Source of the DNA: Candidatus Spyradocola merdavium
GTDB taxonomy: Bacteria; Bacillota; Clostridia; Christensenellales; UBA1750
DNA length: 53,423 nt
Direction: 5' to 3'
Assembly: GCA_018711265.1 (NCBI GenBank)
Contig: DVIM01000165.1
Location: forward strand, 1-53,423
Both the position numbers and the translations under genes were made by a program. The notes beneath the pieces were generated by a model. That model ran no database searches. It saw only the letters and a program-made list of their open reading frames with translations, and was not told where the DNA came from. Shown piece by piece: positions 24,270 to 33,096 of this stretch (position 1 is the stretch's first letter; each line of letters starts with the position of its first letter).

Positions 24270-25094
24270 TCAGCCCTTGAGGCCGCCGGCCATGACGCCG
24301 TCGACGATGTAGCGCTGGCCGAAGACGTAGACCGCGATCAGGGGCGCGGCCACGATCAGCAGGCCCGCCGCCGTCAGCGTCCAGTCGTTGGAGTACTGGC
24401 CCGTAAAGACGAACAGGCCGCGGGTGATGTTGTAGTTCGTCTCGCTCGTCAGGTAGATCGTGGAGGAGACGATGTCGTTCCACACGCCGATCATCGAGAG
24501 CATGCCCATGGAAACCATGGCCGGCTGCGCCAGCGGGATGATGCACGTCAGGACGTAGCGCAGGTAGCCGCAGCCGTCGATGGAGGCCGCCTCGTCCAGC
24601 TCGCGGGGGATGGACTTAAAGTAGCCCGTGAAGAAGAACACGGAGGTCGCGTTTACGCCCGTCATGACCAGCATGTAGCCGAGCTTCGTGTCGTAAAGCC
24701 CCATGTTCAGCACCATCTGGAACGTCGGGATCAGGCCCGAGGGCAGGAACAGACCGCAGAGGAAGAGAACGTACAGAAAGCCCGAGGCGGGGATGTACTT
24801 TCTCGAGATGGGGAAGGCGATCAGCAGCGAGAGGATCAGCGAGGCGATCGTGCACACCGCCGTGTAGAGCACGGAGTTGCCGATGTAGGCGCCGAAGTTC
24901 GCCTTGTTCCAGGCGGTGATGTAGTTGTCAAAGGCCCAGGTCGTCGTCAGCGACGTCGGGTGCAGCATGTAGTCCTGCGAGGTCTTCAGCGACGTGTTCG
25001 CCACAAAGAACAGCGGGAACAGGTAGATGAAGAGGAAGACGATCATCAGCACATAGCAGAACACGCGAAAGGGGATGTTTTTGATCTTGCCCAT
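24270..25094 (-). CDS. Carbohydrate ABC transporter permease (MalG-type)
   Basis: SIPRELDEAASIDG EAA loop; about 6 TM segments. Confidence 0.92.
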   Translation of the reverse strand: MGKIKNIPFRVFCYVLMIVFLFIYLFPLFFVANTSLKTSQDYMLHPTSLTTTWAFDNYITAWNKANFGAYIGNSVLYTAVCTIASLILSLLIAFPISRKYIPASGFLYVLFLCGLFLPSGLIPTFQMVLNMGLYDTKLGYMLVMTGVNATSVFFFTGYFKSIPRELDEAASIDGCGYLRYVLTCIIPLAQPAMVSMGMLSMIGVWNDIVSSTIYLTSETNYNITRGLFVFTGQYSNDWTLTAAGLLIVAAPLIAVYVFGQRYIVDGVMAGGLKG

Positions 25095-26080
25095 TACTGA
25101 TCCGCCTCCATTTTCTTCATGATGGCCTGGGAGATGACCGTGACAATCAGCACGCCCACGAACAGCACCATGGACTCCGCCGCGGCGTAGCCCTGGCGCA
25201 TGCCGGCGACCGTGCCGCCGCTGGCCGTCGCGCCGCCGCCGCCAAAGGCCGTGGCAAAGACCATCATGCCGAGCGTCGAGGTGTTGAACTGGCCGCGGGT
25301 GATGGTCATGATGAGCTCAAACGACTGCAGCGAGCCGATGATGGCCAGCAGCGTGTTGACCGTGACCGAGGACCAGATCAGGGGCAGCGTGATCTTCCAG
25401 AAGACCTGCCACTCGCTGGCGCCGTCGATGTAGGCCGCCTCGTACAGGTCCGCGGAGATGTTCTGCAGCGCCGCCAGGAAGATGACCATGGAGTAGCCCA
25501 TGTTCTGCCAGATCTGCGCCGCGATGACCGCGGGGAAGGCGTAACTGTAGCTCGAAAGGATCGCCGGCGGGTTCTCGATTCCCAGCACGTTCTGCATGAA
25601 CAGATAGATCGGGCCCGTGGGCGTGGAGAAGACCAGCTTCCAGATCGTGGAGACCACCGCCGCGCCCAGGATCACGGGCATGAAGTACACGGCCCTTGCG
25701 AAGTTGCGGCCCTTGAGGAACTTGCCGTTGAGGATGACGGCCATCAGCAGCGCCAGCGCGTTCTGGATGAGGGTGACGGACAGCGCGTAGATCGCCGTGC
25801 GCCCCAGCGACGCCTTGAGGTCGCGGATGTTTTGCAGGATGAAGAATTCCCGGTAGTTGTCCCAGCCGATCCACTGCCAGGCCGAGCCCGGAATGCCCGA
25901 GATGTCCGTAAAGGAAAGCACCGCCGTCATCGTCGAGGGGAAGAGGCGGAAGATCGTGTAGTGCAGGATGCCCGGCAGCATGCACAGAAACACCACCCAT
26001 ACGGGAAACGCGCGGATGTGTTTGTGCAGCCGCTTGGGGCTGTTGACGGGGGAAGCGTTGCGTATCGCCTTGCCCTCCAA
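25094..26080 (-). CDS. Carbohydrate ABC transporter permease (MalF-type)
   Basis: SFTD..WIGWDNY, LYEAAYIDGA, ITLPL; TTG start after AAGGAGG. Confidence 0.9.
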   Translation of the reverse strand: MEGKAIRNASPVNSPKRLHKHIRAFPVWVVFLCMLPGILHYTIFRLFPSTMTAVLSFTDISGIPGSAWQWIGWDNYREFFILQNIRDLKASLGRTAIYALSVTLIQNALALLMAVILNGKFLKGRNFARAVYFMPVILGAAVVSTIWKLVFSTPTGPIYLFMQNVLGIENPPAILSSYSYAFPAVIAAQIWQNMGYSMVIFLAALQNISADLYEAAYIDGASEWQVFWKITLPLIWSSVTVNTLLAIIGSLQSFELIMTITRGQFNTSTLGMMVFATAFGGGGATASGGTVAGMRQGYAAAESMVLFVGVLIVTVISQAIMKKMEADQ

Positions 26081-26096
26081 AGCAATCCCTCCTTGC

Positions 26097-26130
26097 AAAA
26101 AAGGGGCGACGGTTGCGGCGCGTCGCCCCT
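26097..26130 (-). terminator. Intra-operon stem-loop after the binding-protein gene
   Basis: Minus strand AGGGGCGACG-cgccgcaac-CGTCGCCCCT-TTTTT. Confidence 0.65.
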
Positions 26131-26144
26131 GCGGTTCATTGCGG

Positions 26145-27560
26145 TCAGTTGTTCAGGCTCTCCAGCGCGGCGCGCGCGGTCTCAAAGTCCTCGTCCGCCT
26201 TCTGCGCCAGCTCTGCGCCCGTCAGCGGGCCGCCCAGCGTCTGCAGGTACAGGAAGGAGAACTGGCCGTTGCCGTACTCGCCGACGCCCTTGGGCGCGTA
26301 GATGTACATCTCCGCGTTCAGGCACGGGGACTGCAGGCCCTCGTTCAGGGAGTTGAGGAACTCGTTGTCCAGCGTGATGTCGTTCTGCGTCGGGGAGAAG
26401 CCCGCCACGGCGTTCAGGAACGCGGTGTAGACTTCCTTGTCCGAGATGTAGGTCAGGAACGCCAGGGCGCCTTCCTGGTTGGGCGCGTTGGTCGGAACGG
26501 CGAAGGACAGGTCGTACTTGATGCCGTACTGCGGGTCCAGGCCGTCCTCGCGGGGCTCAATGCCCGGCAGCGGGAAGTAGCCGAACTCGATGTCCGGGTT
26601 GGCGCGCAGGATGTCCGGCGCGGACCAGGAACCGTCTGCGTACATGGCCATGTTGCCCGCGGCAAAGCGGCCCGGCGCATCCGAGTAGGCGATGCCGGTG
26701 ACGCCCGGCTCCAGGTAGGTGGCGAACTGCTCCATGCAGTCGTAGACCAGCATGACCTCGGGGTCGGTGTGCTTCATCTCGCCCGTGAGCAGCTTCTGGC
26801 CGATTTCCTCCGCGCCGTCGCCGTAGTTGGCGGACAGGATCGCGTTGGAGTACATGTTCAGCGGCCACTGGTCCGCCGCGCCCGCGGAGAGCACGGTGTA
26901 GCGCCCGTCGGCCTTGACGGCCTCGCAGACCGCGATGAACTCATCCCAGGTCTTGGGGATCTCCAGGCCCAGCTCGGAGAAGATCGCCTTGTTGTAGAAC
27001 AGGCCCGTGTAGGCGACGGTGCCCATGTTCAGGGAGTAGAGGCGGTCCTTGTAGGAATTGCCCATCAGGATGTCCAGGTTGTAGTTGTCGATGAAGGGCT
27101 GGTCCGTCAGGTCCAGCAGCAGGCCCTCGTCGATGTACTGCTGCCAAGCGGGCTTGTCGATGGAGTCGGCGTTCCAGTCCTCCTGGGGCTTGGAGAAGGT
27201 CTGGAAGGAGACGATGTCCACGTTCGCCGCGGAGATGCGGGTCTGGATGACCTGGTCGATCTCGGCGGAGGGGACTTCGCTGATGGTCAGGTAGTGGTCC
27301 GGATTGGCCTCGTGGAAGGCTGCGGAAATGTCCTTGAGGTACTGCACCGTGGCCGCGTTGGACCAGGTCAGCACATCGACGCTCGTGCCCTCGGCCGGGG
27401 TCTCGGCGCCCTCGTCCGCCGCGGGCGCTTCCTCGCCGCCGTCCGCGGCCGGAGCCGGGTCTTCCGCCGGCGCGCCGCCCGTCACCCCGCCCGAGCACGC
27501 GGTCAGCGCCGCGATCATGAGCAGGGCCAGGAGCAGGCAAAGCAGCTTGCGCAATTTCAT
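26145..27560 (-). CDS. Sugar ABC transporter solute-binding lipoprotein, 471 aa
   Basis: LTAC lipobox; LLDLTD, LFYNKAIF..GLEIPKTWDEF, FAAGNMAM. Confidence 0.92.
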   Translation of the reverse strand: MKLRKLLCLLLALLMIAALTACSGGVTGGAPAEDPAPAADGGEEAPAADEGAETPAEGTSVDVLTWSNAATVQYLKDISAAFHEANPDHYLTISEVPSAEIDQVIQTRISAANVDIVSFQTFSKPQEDWNADSIDKPAWQQYIDEGLLLDLTDQPFIDNYNLDILMGNSYKDRLYSLNMGTVAYTGLFYNKAIFSELGLEIPKTWDEFIAVCEAVKADGRYTVLSAGAADQWPLNMYSNAILSANYGDGAEEIGQKLLTGEMKHTDPEVMLVYDCMEQFATYLEPGVTGIAYSDAPGRFAAGNMAMYADGSWSAPDILRANPDIEFGYFPLPGIEPREDGLDPQYGIKYDLSFAVPTNAPNQEGALAFLTYISDKEVYTAFLNAVAGFSPTQNDITLDNEFLNSLNEGLQSPCLNAEMYIYAPKGVGEYGNGQFSFLYLQTLGGPLTGAELAQKADEDFETARAALESLNN

Positions 27561-27832
27561 GATGTTCTCCTCCTTTGTTAAGGTTTCGATCTCATAGTTA
27601 AATATATCGTACAAAAATGATCAACACAATTTTAAATTCCTTCACAGGCACGCGCGGAATGATTTTCACAGTTTTTCGTTGGTTTTTCAGAGAATTTGCA
27701 CAAAACCCCGTGTTCGGGCCCGGGGCGCTGGGGAGGAATCCGGAAGATTCCGGGGTTTTGGTCCGCTTGCAAAGTGCGCGCGGATCGGCTAGAATGGAGG
27801 AGACTTTTGTCAAGCAAAAGGAGGGAGGTCCC

Positions 27833-28057
27833 GTGGACTTTTTATTAAACTATGTCACCTTCGCGCTGGCGGCCGTGCTCTTTGTCGGCGTGGCGGTTGT
27901 CCTGATCGCGCGCTGGTTCGCGCTGCCCGTCCTGGTCAAGATCAGCCTGTGCACGGTGCTGCTGGCGCTGGTGCTCTACTTTGCGTTTGTGATCTACGTC
28001 GTGCTGCTGGCCGGCTCCGCCGTGCCGCCGCACGCGCCGCAGCCCATACCGGCATAA
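27833..28057 (+). CDS. Small 2-TM membrane protein, 74 aa
   Basis: GGAGG RBS plus GTG; two hydrophobic helices; own terminator. Confidence 0.65.
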   Translation: MDFLLNYVTFALAAVLFVGVAVVLIARWFALPVLVKISLCTVLLALVLYFAFVIYVVLLAGSAVPPHAPQPIPA

Positions 28058-28093
28058 AAAAAAAGCGCCCCCGCCGGGGCGCTTTTTTATGCC
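28051..28093. terminator. Bidirectional intrinsic terminator
   Basis: GGCATAAAAAAAAAGCGCCC-ccgccg-GGGCGCTTTTTTATGCC. Confidence 0.85.
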
Positions 28094-28095
28094 AA

Positions 28096-29010
28096 TCACT
28101 CGAGGTCGTACAGATAGAGCAGCAGGTCCTCGTCGTACATGTTGTAGATGTCCACATAGACCGCGTCCACCTTGGCCGGCAGGTCGCTCGCCTCGCCCGC
28201 CGCGCGGCGCAGGGCGGCCTCCACCCCGGCGTAGCCGTAGGCGTACGCGCTGCGCACCACCGTAAAGCGCACCAGCCCGTCGCGCAGGCCCAGGGCGATG
28301 CCGTCGTCAAAGTCCGCGCCGACGATCGGCGTCTGCAGGCCGAGGGCGCGCACCGCGCGCAGCGCGCCGCGTGTCGCCGCCTGCGTCCGGCACACGATGC
28401 CGTCGATGCGCGAATCCCGCGCGAGCAGTTCCAGGCAGTAGGCAAAGGCCGCTTCCTCGCTGTCCACGGTCAGGCGCTCGGCGACGAGGCTTCCCTGGTT
28501 GCCGAGCTCGCCGCGCAGCGCGACCTCCCAGTCGTCCTGGGCGTAGGACTCGGCGCTGGTCAGCAGCAGAAAGCGCCGCTGCAGGCCGATCTTCTTGGCG
28601 ATGAGCTGGCCCGTGCGCCTGCCGATGGTCGTCTCCTCGCCCGCGATGCCGCCCGATGCGCCCTCGATCTCGCAGCCCAGGGCCACGAGCGGGACCTCGC
28701 TGCGCAGGGCGGCCTCCCCCTGCGCGCCATCCAGCGCCACGGCCGCAAGATCCGCCTCGCCTGCGGCGGGCAGCTGGCCGGCAAGGTCCGATTCCGCGTC
28801 CAGGAGCCGCACCTCGATCTCCCAGCCCGCGTCCTGCGCCGCAAGGCGCGCGCCAGAGAGCAGGTTCTCCCAGTAGAAGCCCTCGTCGTCCTGCGCGAGG
28901 AGCACGAGGCGCTGCGCGCCCGCCCCGGCGGCGCAGCCGGGCAGTGAGAGCAGCAGGAGGAGCGCCAGGGTCAGGCCGAGCGCCGGACGGGCAAGGCGAT
29001 GCGCACGCAT
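28096..29010 (-). CDS. RbsB/LacI-type sugar-binding lipoprotein, probable sensor partner of the kinase
   Basis: LPGC lipobox; FYWENLLSGARLAA, IDGIVC, IVGADFD, YAYGYAGV; GGAGG RBS. Confidence 0.78.
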   Translation of the reverse strand: MRAHRLARPALGLTLALLLLLSLPGCAAGAGAQRLVLLAQDDEGFYWENLLSGARLAAQDAGWEIEVRLLDAESDLAGQLPAAGEADLAAVALDGAQGEAALRSEVPLVALGCEIEGASGGIAGEETTIGRRTGQLIAKKIGLQRRFLLLTSAESYAQDDWEVALRGELGNQGSLVAERLTVDSEEAAFAYCLELLARDSRIDGIVCRTQAATRGALRAVRALGLQTPIVGADFDDGIALGLRDGLVRFTVVRSAYAYGYAGVEAALRRAAGEASDLPAKVDAVYVDIYNMYDEDLLLYLYDLE

Positions 29011-30686
29011 GTGTATTCCTCCGTTTCGCTGTCGATGGTGATGCCCCATTCCGCCCCGCAGAGCAGGCGGATGCGGCGGTTGACGCTCTTGAGGGCAAGG
29101 CCGCTGATCTCGTCCGGGTGCGGGGGCTGGCTCTCGCGCAGGGCCTGCTGCACGCTGCGGAGCTTGTCGGGCAGGATGCCCATGCCGTCGTCCCGCACGG
29201 TCATGACGAGGGATTCCCCCTCCAGGAAGACGCGCACCTCGATGGTGCAGCCCGTGTTGTCGCCGATGCCGTGCTTGATCGCGTTCTCCACGAGGGGCTG
29301 CAGGATCAGCCGGGGGCAGAGCAGGTCCTCGGCCGCGCGCTCGACGTGGATGCGGCTGGAAAAGCGCTGGCCGTAGCGCGTGCGCTGGATGAGCAGGTAG
29401 CTTTCGACGTGCTCGACCTCGCGGCGCACGGCGTGGAAGTTGCCGCCGCGGTTGATGGAAAGGCGCAGGAGCTTGGCCAGCGCGCCGACCATCTGCACCG
29501 CGTCCGCGCCGCGCTGCGTCTCGATCAGCCAGGTGATGGAGTCCAGCGCGTTGTAGAGGAAGTGCGGGTTGATCTGCTCCTCCAGGGCGGCGATCTCCAT
29601 TTGGCGCAGCTGGTCCTGGTTGTCCTTCGTCTCCCGCATCAGGCGCTCGATCTGGTCGATCATGGCGTTGTAGGCGTTGGAGAGCTGGGCGAACTCCTTG
29701 CAGCCCGCAAGGCGCAGCCGCGGCCCGGGAAAGCCCGCGCCCGCGCCGGCCATGGTGCGCTCCATCGCGCGGAAGGGCCGCGCCACATACGCCGACAGGG
29801 CAAAGGCCATCGTCAGCGCGAGCAGGAGCGAAAGCCCCAGCACCAGCAGGCCCCGGCGCTGCATGTCCTGCCGGCTGGCCGCCAGCTGCGACTCCGCCAT
29901 CCGGCAGGTGAGGACGTACTGCCCGCCCTCCAGGGGCTGGGAGATCTCGATCTGCCGCTCATCCGCCGAGCGCGCGCCCACGCCCGCGTACACGGCCGAG
30001 ACCGCGCGCAGGTTCTGCGCCTTGGCGTGCGGGGAGTAGACCGTTTGGCCCGCGGAATCCGCGAGGGTGAAGGTCCCCGCCTCCCCGCCGGAGAACGCGT
30101 CGCAGATGTCCGCCAGGGCCGAAAGGCGCAGGTTCACCGCGAGGATGCCCTGCTCATACCCGCCCGGCACGCGGTAGACGCAGGGGCCCGCCAGCGTCAC
30201 GACCCAGGTGTAGCGCCCGCGGTAGCAGTGCTCCAGGCGCGCGCCGCTGAAGGCGCAGCCCTCGCCCGCGAGCGCCGCCTGAAACCAGGCCTCCTCCTGC
30301 GGGTTTTGGCTGGAGAGGAAGCCCTCGCTCTGGTCCGAGGCCGCGACCGCGGTGCCCGTGCGCTTGTAGAGGAGGATGGAGCTCAGGTCCTCCTCCACGT
30401 CCAGCAGGGGCTCGACCGCGGCGGAGAAGCCGCCCGGGGCAAAGTCCTCCCGCAGCAGGACCGAATCCTGCACATAGTCCCACAGGTCCTGTGCGCCGAG
30501 CAGCACCTCGTCCAGGCGGTCCTTGGCGCGGGCCAGGTTCTGGTTGATGAGCCTAAGGTCCAGCTGGGAGAAGACCTCGCCCGTCATGTTGCCGTAGACG
30601 GCGTTGAACAGCAGCATCGTGCACAGCGTCACGGCGACCATCATCACAAGCAGCATCGTCCTAAGGCTGATCCTGCGCACGCGCAT
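28971..30686 (-). CDS. YesM-like sensor histidine kinase
   Basis: 2 TM plus extracellular domain; QINPHFLYNALDSI, LILQPLVENAIKHG, VRDDGMGI. Confidence 0.92.
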   Translation of the reverse strand: MRVRRISLRTMLLVMMVAVTLCTMLLFNAVYGNMTGEVFSQLDLRLINQNLARAKDRLDEVLLGAQDLWDYVQDSVLLREDFAPGGFSAAVEPLLDVEEDLSSILLYKRTGTAVAASDQSEGFLSSQNPQEEAWFQAALAGEGCAFSGARLEHCYRGRYTWVVTLAGPCVYRVPGGYEQGILAVNLRLSALADICDAFSGGEAGTFTLADSAGQTVYSPHAKAQNLRAVSAVYAGVGARSADERQIEISQPLEGGQYVLTCRMAESQLAASRQDMQRRGLLVLGLSLLLALTMAFALSAYVARPFRAMERTMAGAGAGFPGPRLRLAGCKEFAQLSNAYNAMIDQIERLMRETKDNQDQLRQMEIAALEEQINPHFLYNALDSITWLIETQRGADAVQMVGALAKLLRLSINRGGNFHAVRREVEHVESYLLIQRTRYGQRFSSRIHVERAAEDLLCPRLILQPLVENAIKHGIGDNTGCTIEVRVFLEGESLVMTVRDDGMGILPDKLRSVQQALRESQPPHPDEISGLALKSVNRRIRLLCGAEWGITIDSETEEYTCVRIALPVRRSA

Positions 30687-32268
30687 CCGCCCCCTGCCGG
30701 TAGTTCTTGGGCGTCACCCCACAGCGCTGCTTGAAGCAGTAGCTGAAGTAGCCCGGGTCCTCAAACCCTGTCTCCAGGGCGATCTCGTAGATCTTCTTTT
30801 CGGAGTCGCGCAGCAGCGCCTTTGCGCGCTCGATGCGCTTATCCAGCACGTATTGCAGGAACGAGGTGCCCATCTCCCGCTTGAAGACGAGGGAGAGCTG
30901 CGTCTGGGAGATGCGGAAGGCCTCGCACACGTCCGAGATGGAGAGCGAGGGCTCCGCGTAGTGCGCGTCGATGTAGCCGGCGATGCGCTGGGCAAAGGCG
31001 CGGTTGTCCACGCGGCCGCGCTCGGCGATGCGGCGCGCGGTCTCCTGCGCGGCGCTGCACAGGGCGCGCAGGGCGGAGGCGGTCTCCAGGGGCAGAACCA
31101 GGCGGTGCGCCTCGAGCACGGGCAGGATCTCCTCGGCGGAGATGCCCGCGCGCAACGCTGTGGTCAAAATCGCCGTGTGCACCATGGAGGACAGGGCCAG
31201 CAGCAGCGCGGGACTCGCGCGGCGGGCGAGGTCCTCGCGCATCCGGGCGAAGTAGGCCTCGATGCGCGCCTCGTCCCCCGCGCGCAGGAGCTGGGCGACC
31301 TCGCCCGGCAGGCCCGCGGCCAGCATCCCCTCGGCGCTGGGCGCCTCCTCCTCCGCCAGGAGAAAGAGCCCGTCTGCCGCGGCGGCCTTGTCCTCCAGGA
31401 GCAGGAGCGCGCGCTGGTAGAGCGCGGGCAGGTCGGCCGGGGACTGCGCCGGCTCGGTCAGCACCGCCTTGGCCGAGAGCTTGAGGTACATGCGCACCAT
31501 GTCCATGATCTCCGAGAGCAGGGAGACGGCCTGCTCCTGCCCGCAGCGCAGCAGCAGAACGAACCGCCCCCTGTGGCAGACGCAGGAGCCCGCGGCAAGC
31601 TCGCCCAGCCGCTCCTGCGCGATCTCCTGCAGGGAAAAGCGCAAAAGGTCCATGCGCCCGGCAAAGTCCCGGCGCAGCACCTGCTCGTTTTTCGGCGTGC
31701 GCCCGAGGGCGACCAGCGCCAGGTGCGCGGGGAAGGCGGCCTCGTCCTCCGCCGCGTCGCGCAGCAGGCCGAGGGATTCGTTCGTGTTCTCAAAGAGCAT
31801 CTCCAGCAGGCGCAGGCGGCCGATCTGCACGCGGTCCTGCCGCTGCTGCTCCAGGAACGCGGCCTCGTCCAGGCGGCGGGCAAAGGCCTCGTCCAGCGAG
31901 GCGCGGATGCGGGCGAGCGCCTCGCGCACGCCCGTCAGCGACAGGGGCTTGAGCAGGTAGTCCATGACGCGGAACTGCATCGCCCGCTGCGCATAGGCAA
32001 AGTCGTCGTGCCCGCTGACGACGACAAAGCGCATCGCCGGGTACATCTGCTGCAGGCGCTCGATCAGTTCCAGCCCGTCCATGTAGGGCATGCAGATATC
32101 CGTCATCACCACGTCCGGCACGAGGTCCCTGGCCATCTCCAGCGCCTCCAGCGCGCCGGCCGCGCACCCGCAGAGCGAAAACCCGCAGGCCTCCCAGTCC
32201 ACGGTCCGCGCGATGCTCTCGCGCACGTCCACCTCGTCGTCCACCAACAGGATCTTGTATTGCGCCAC
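30661..32268 (-). CDS. YesN-like response regulator (receiver plus AraC HTH), 535 aa
   Basis: LLVDDE, TDICMPYMDG, YLLKP; C-terminal GFEDPGYFSYCFKQRCGVTPKNYR. Confidence 0.92.
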   Translation of the reverse strand: MAQYKILLVDDEVDVRESIARTVDWEACGFSLCGCAAGALEALEMARDLVPDVVMTDICMPYMDGLELIERLQQMYPAMRFVVVSGHDDFAYAQRAMQFRVMDYLLKPLSLTGVREALARIRASLDEAFARRLDEAAFLEQQRQDRVQIGRLRLLEMLFENTNESLGLLRDAAEDEAAFPAHLALVALGRTPKNEQVLRRDFAGRMDLLRFSLQEIAQERLGELAAGSCVCHRGRFVLLLRCGQEQAVSLLSEIMDMVRMYLKLSAKAVLTEPAQSPADLPALYQRALLLLEDKAAAADGLFLLAEEEAPSAEGMLAAGLPGEVAQLLRAGDEARIEAYFARMREDLARRASPALLLALSSMVHTAILTTALRAGISAEEILPVLEAHRLVLPLETASALRALCSAAQETARRIAERGRVDNRAFAQRIAGYIDAHYAEPSLSISDVCEAFRISQTQLSLVFKREMGTSFLQYVLDKRIERAKALLRDSEKKIYEIALETGFEDPGYFSYCFKQRCGVTPKNYRQGADARAQDQP

Positions 32269-32310
32269 GGGGCGCACCTCCTTTGCGTCTTTGCGTCGGG
32301 CGCGGCCCGC

Positions 32311-32895
32311 TCAGAGATAGCGCTCGATGCAGGAAGCGACCTGGCGCGCGCAGGCCCGGTACCCCTCTTCCGTCAGGTGCAGGCCGTCCGCGCACTTGTA
32401 GAGGCCGGGCGCCTTCAGGCAGAGGGCGTAGAGGTCGTTGACCGGCACGTTTTCCTCGCGCATGACCTCCAGCGCCGCGGCGTTGTACGCCTCCACCCAC
32501 TCGTTCTGGTAGCGCAGGGCCGCGCCCGTGCCGGTGTTGTCCTGCGCGCCCCCGGCGCGGGGCACGGGCAGGGTCGTGGCGAAGATCACCTGCGCCCCGC
32601 ACGAGCGGCAAAGGCCCAGGATGCGGCGGAGGAAGTGCTGGTACTCCGGGATGGGGTGGATGGGCTCGCGCATGGGGGATTCGATGTTCATGTCCCAGTA
32701 GCCGTTGTTCCAGTGGACCACGTCCACCGGCCCATGCGCGCGCAGGAGCTGGTTCGCCTGCCAGAGCGTATAGGCGGCAAAGCGGCCGTTGTCCTCCGGG
32801 TCGTAGAGCACCTCCGCGCGGCCGGCCAGCAGGCCGCGCACCATGTCGTCGTAGCCCATGCGGATGGAATCGCCGAGAAGCAGCGCCTTTTTCAT
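32311..32895 (-). CDS. SGNH/GDSL hydrolase, 194 aa
   Basis: LLGDSIRMGY, WNNGYWD, DGLH. Confidence 0.88.
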   Translation of the reverse strand: MKKALLLGDSIRMGYDDMVRGLLAGRAEVLYDPEDNGRFAAYTLWQANQLLRAHGPVDVVHWNNGYWDMNIESPMREPIHPIPEYQHFLRRILGLCRSCGAQVIFATTLPVPRAGGAQDNTGTGAALRYQNEWVEAYNAAALEVMREENVPVNDLYALCLKAPGLYKCADGLHLTEEGYRACARQVASCIERYL

Positions 32896-33096
32896 GGTTT
32901 TCGTCTCCTTTTTTCTCGCCCGATCGGGGGGAATCTCTTTTTCAGTGTACAACGCGGAGGCGGCGGGGTCAAGCGCCGGGCGTCCGCGCTTTTTTTCGCG
33001 CGGGGGGAAAGAGGGGCATTCCGTTTTTGCACCGTTCGTGCTATACTGAGGGCGTCCCACGTTTTGAACTTCGCATCCGGAGAAAGGAGGATTGCG

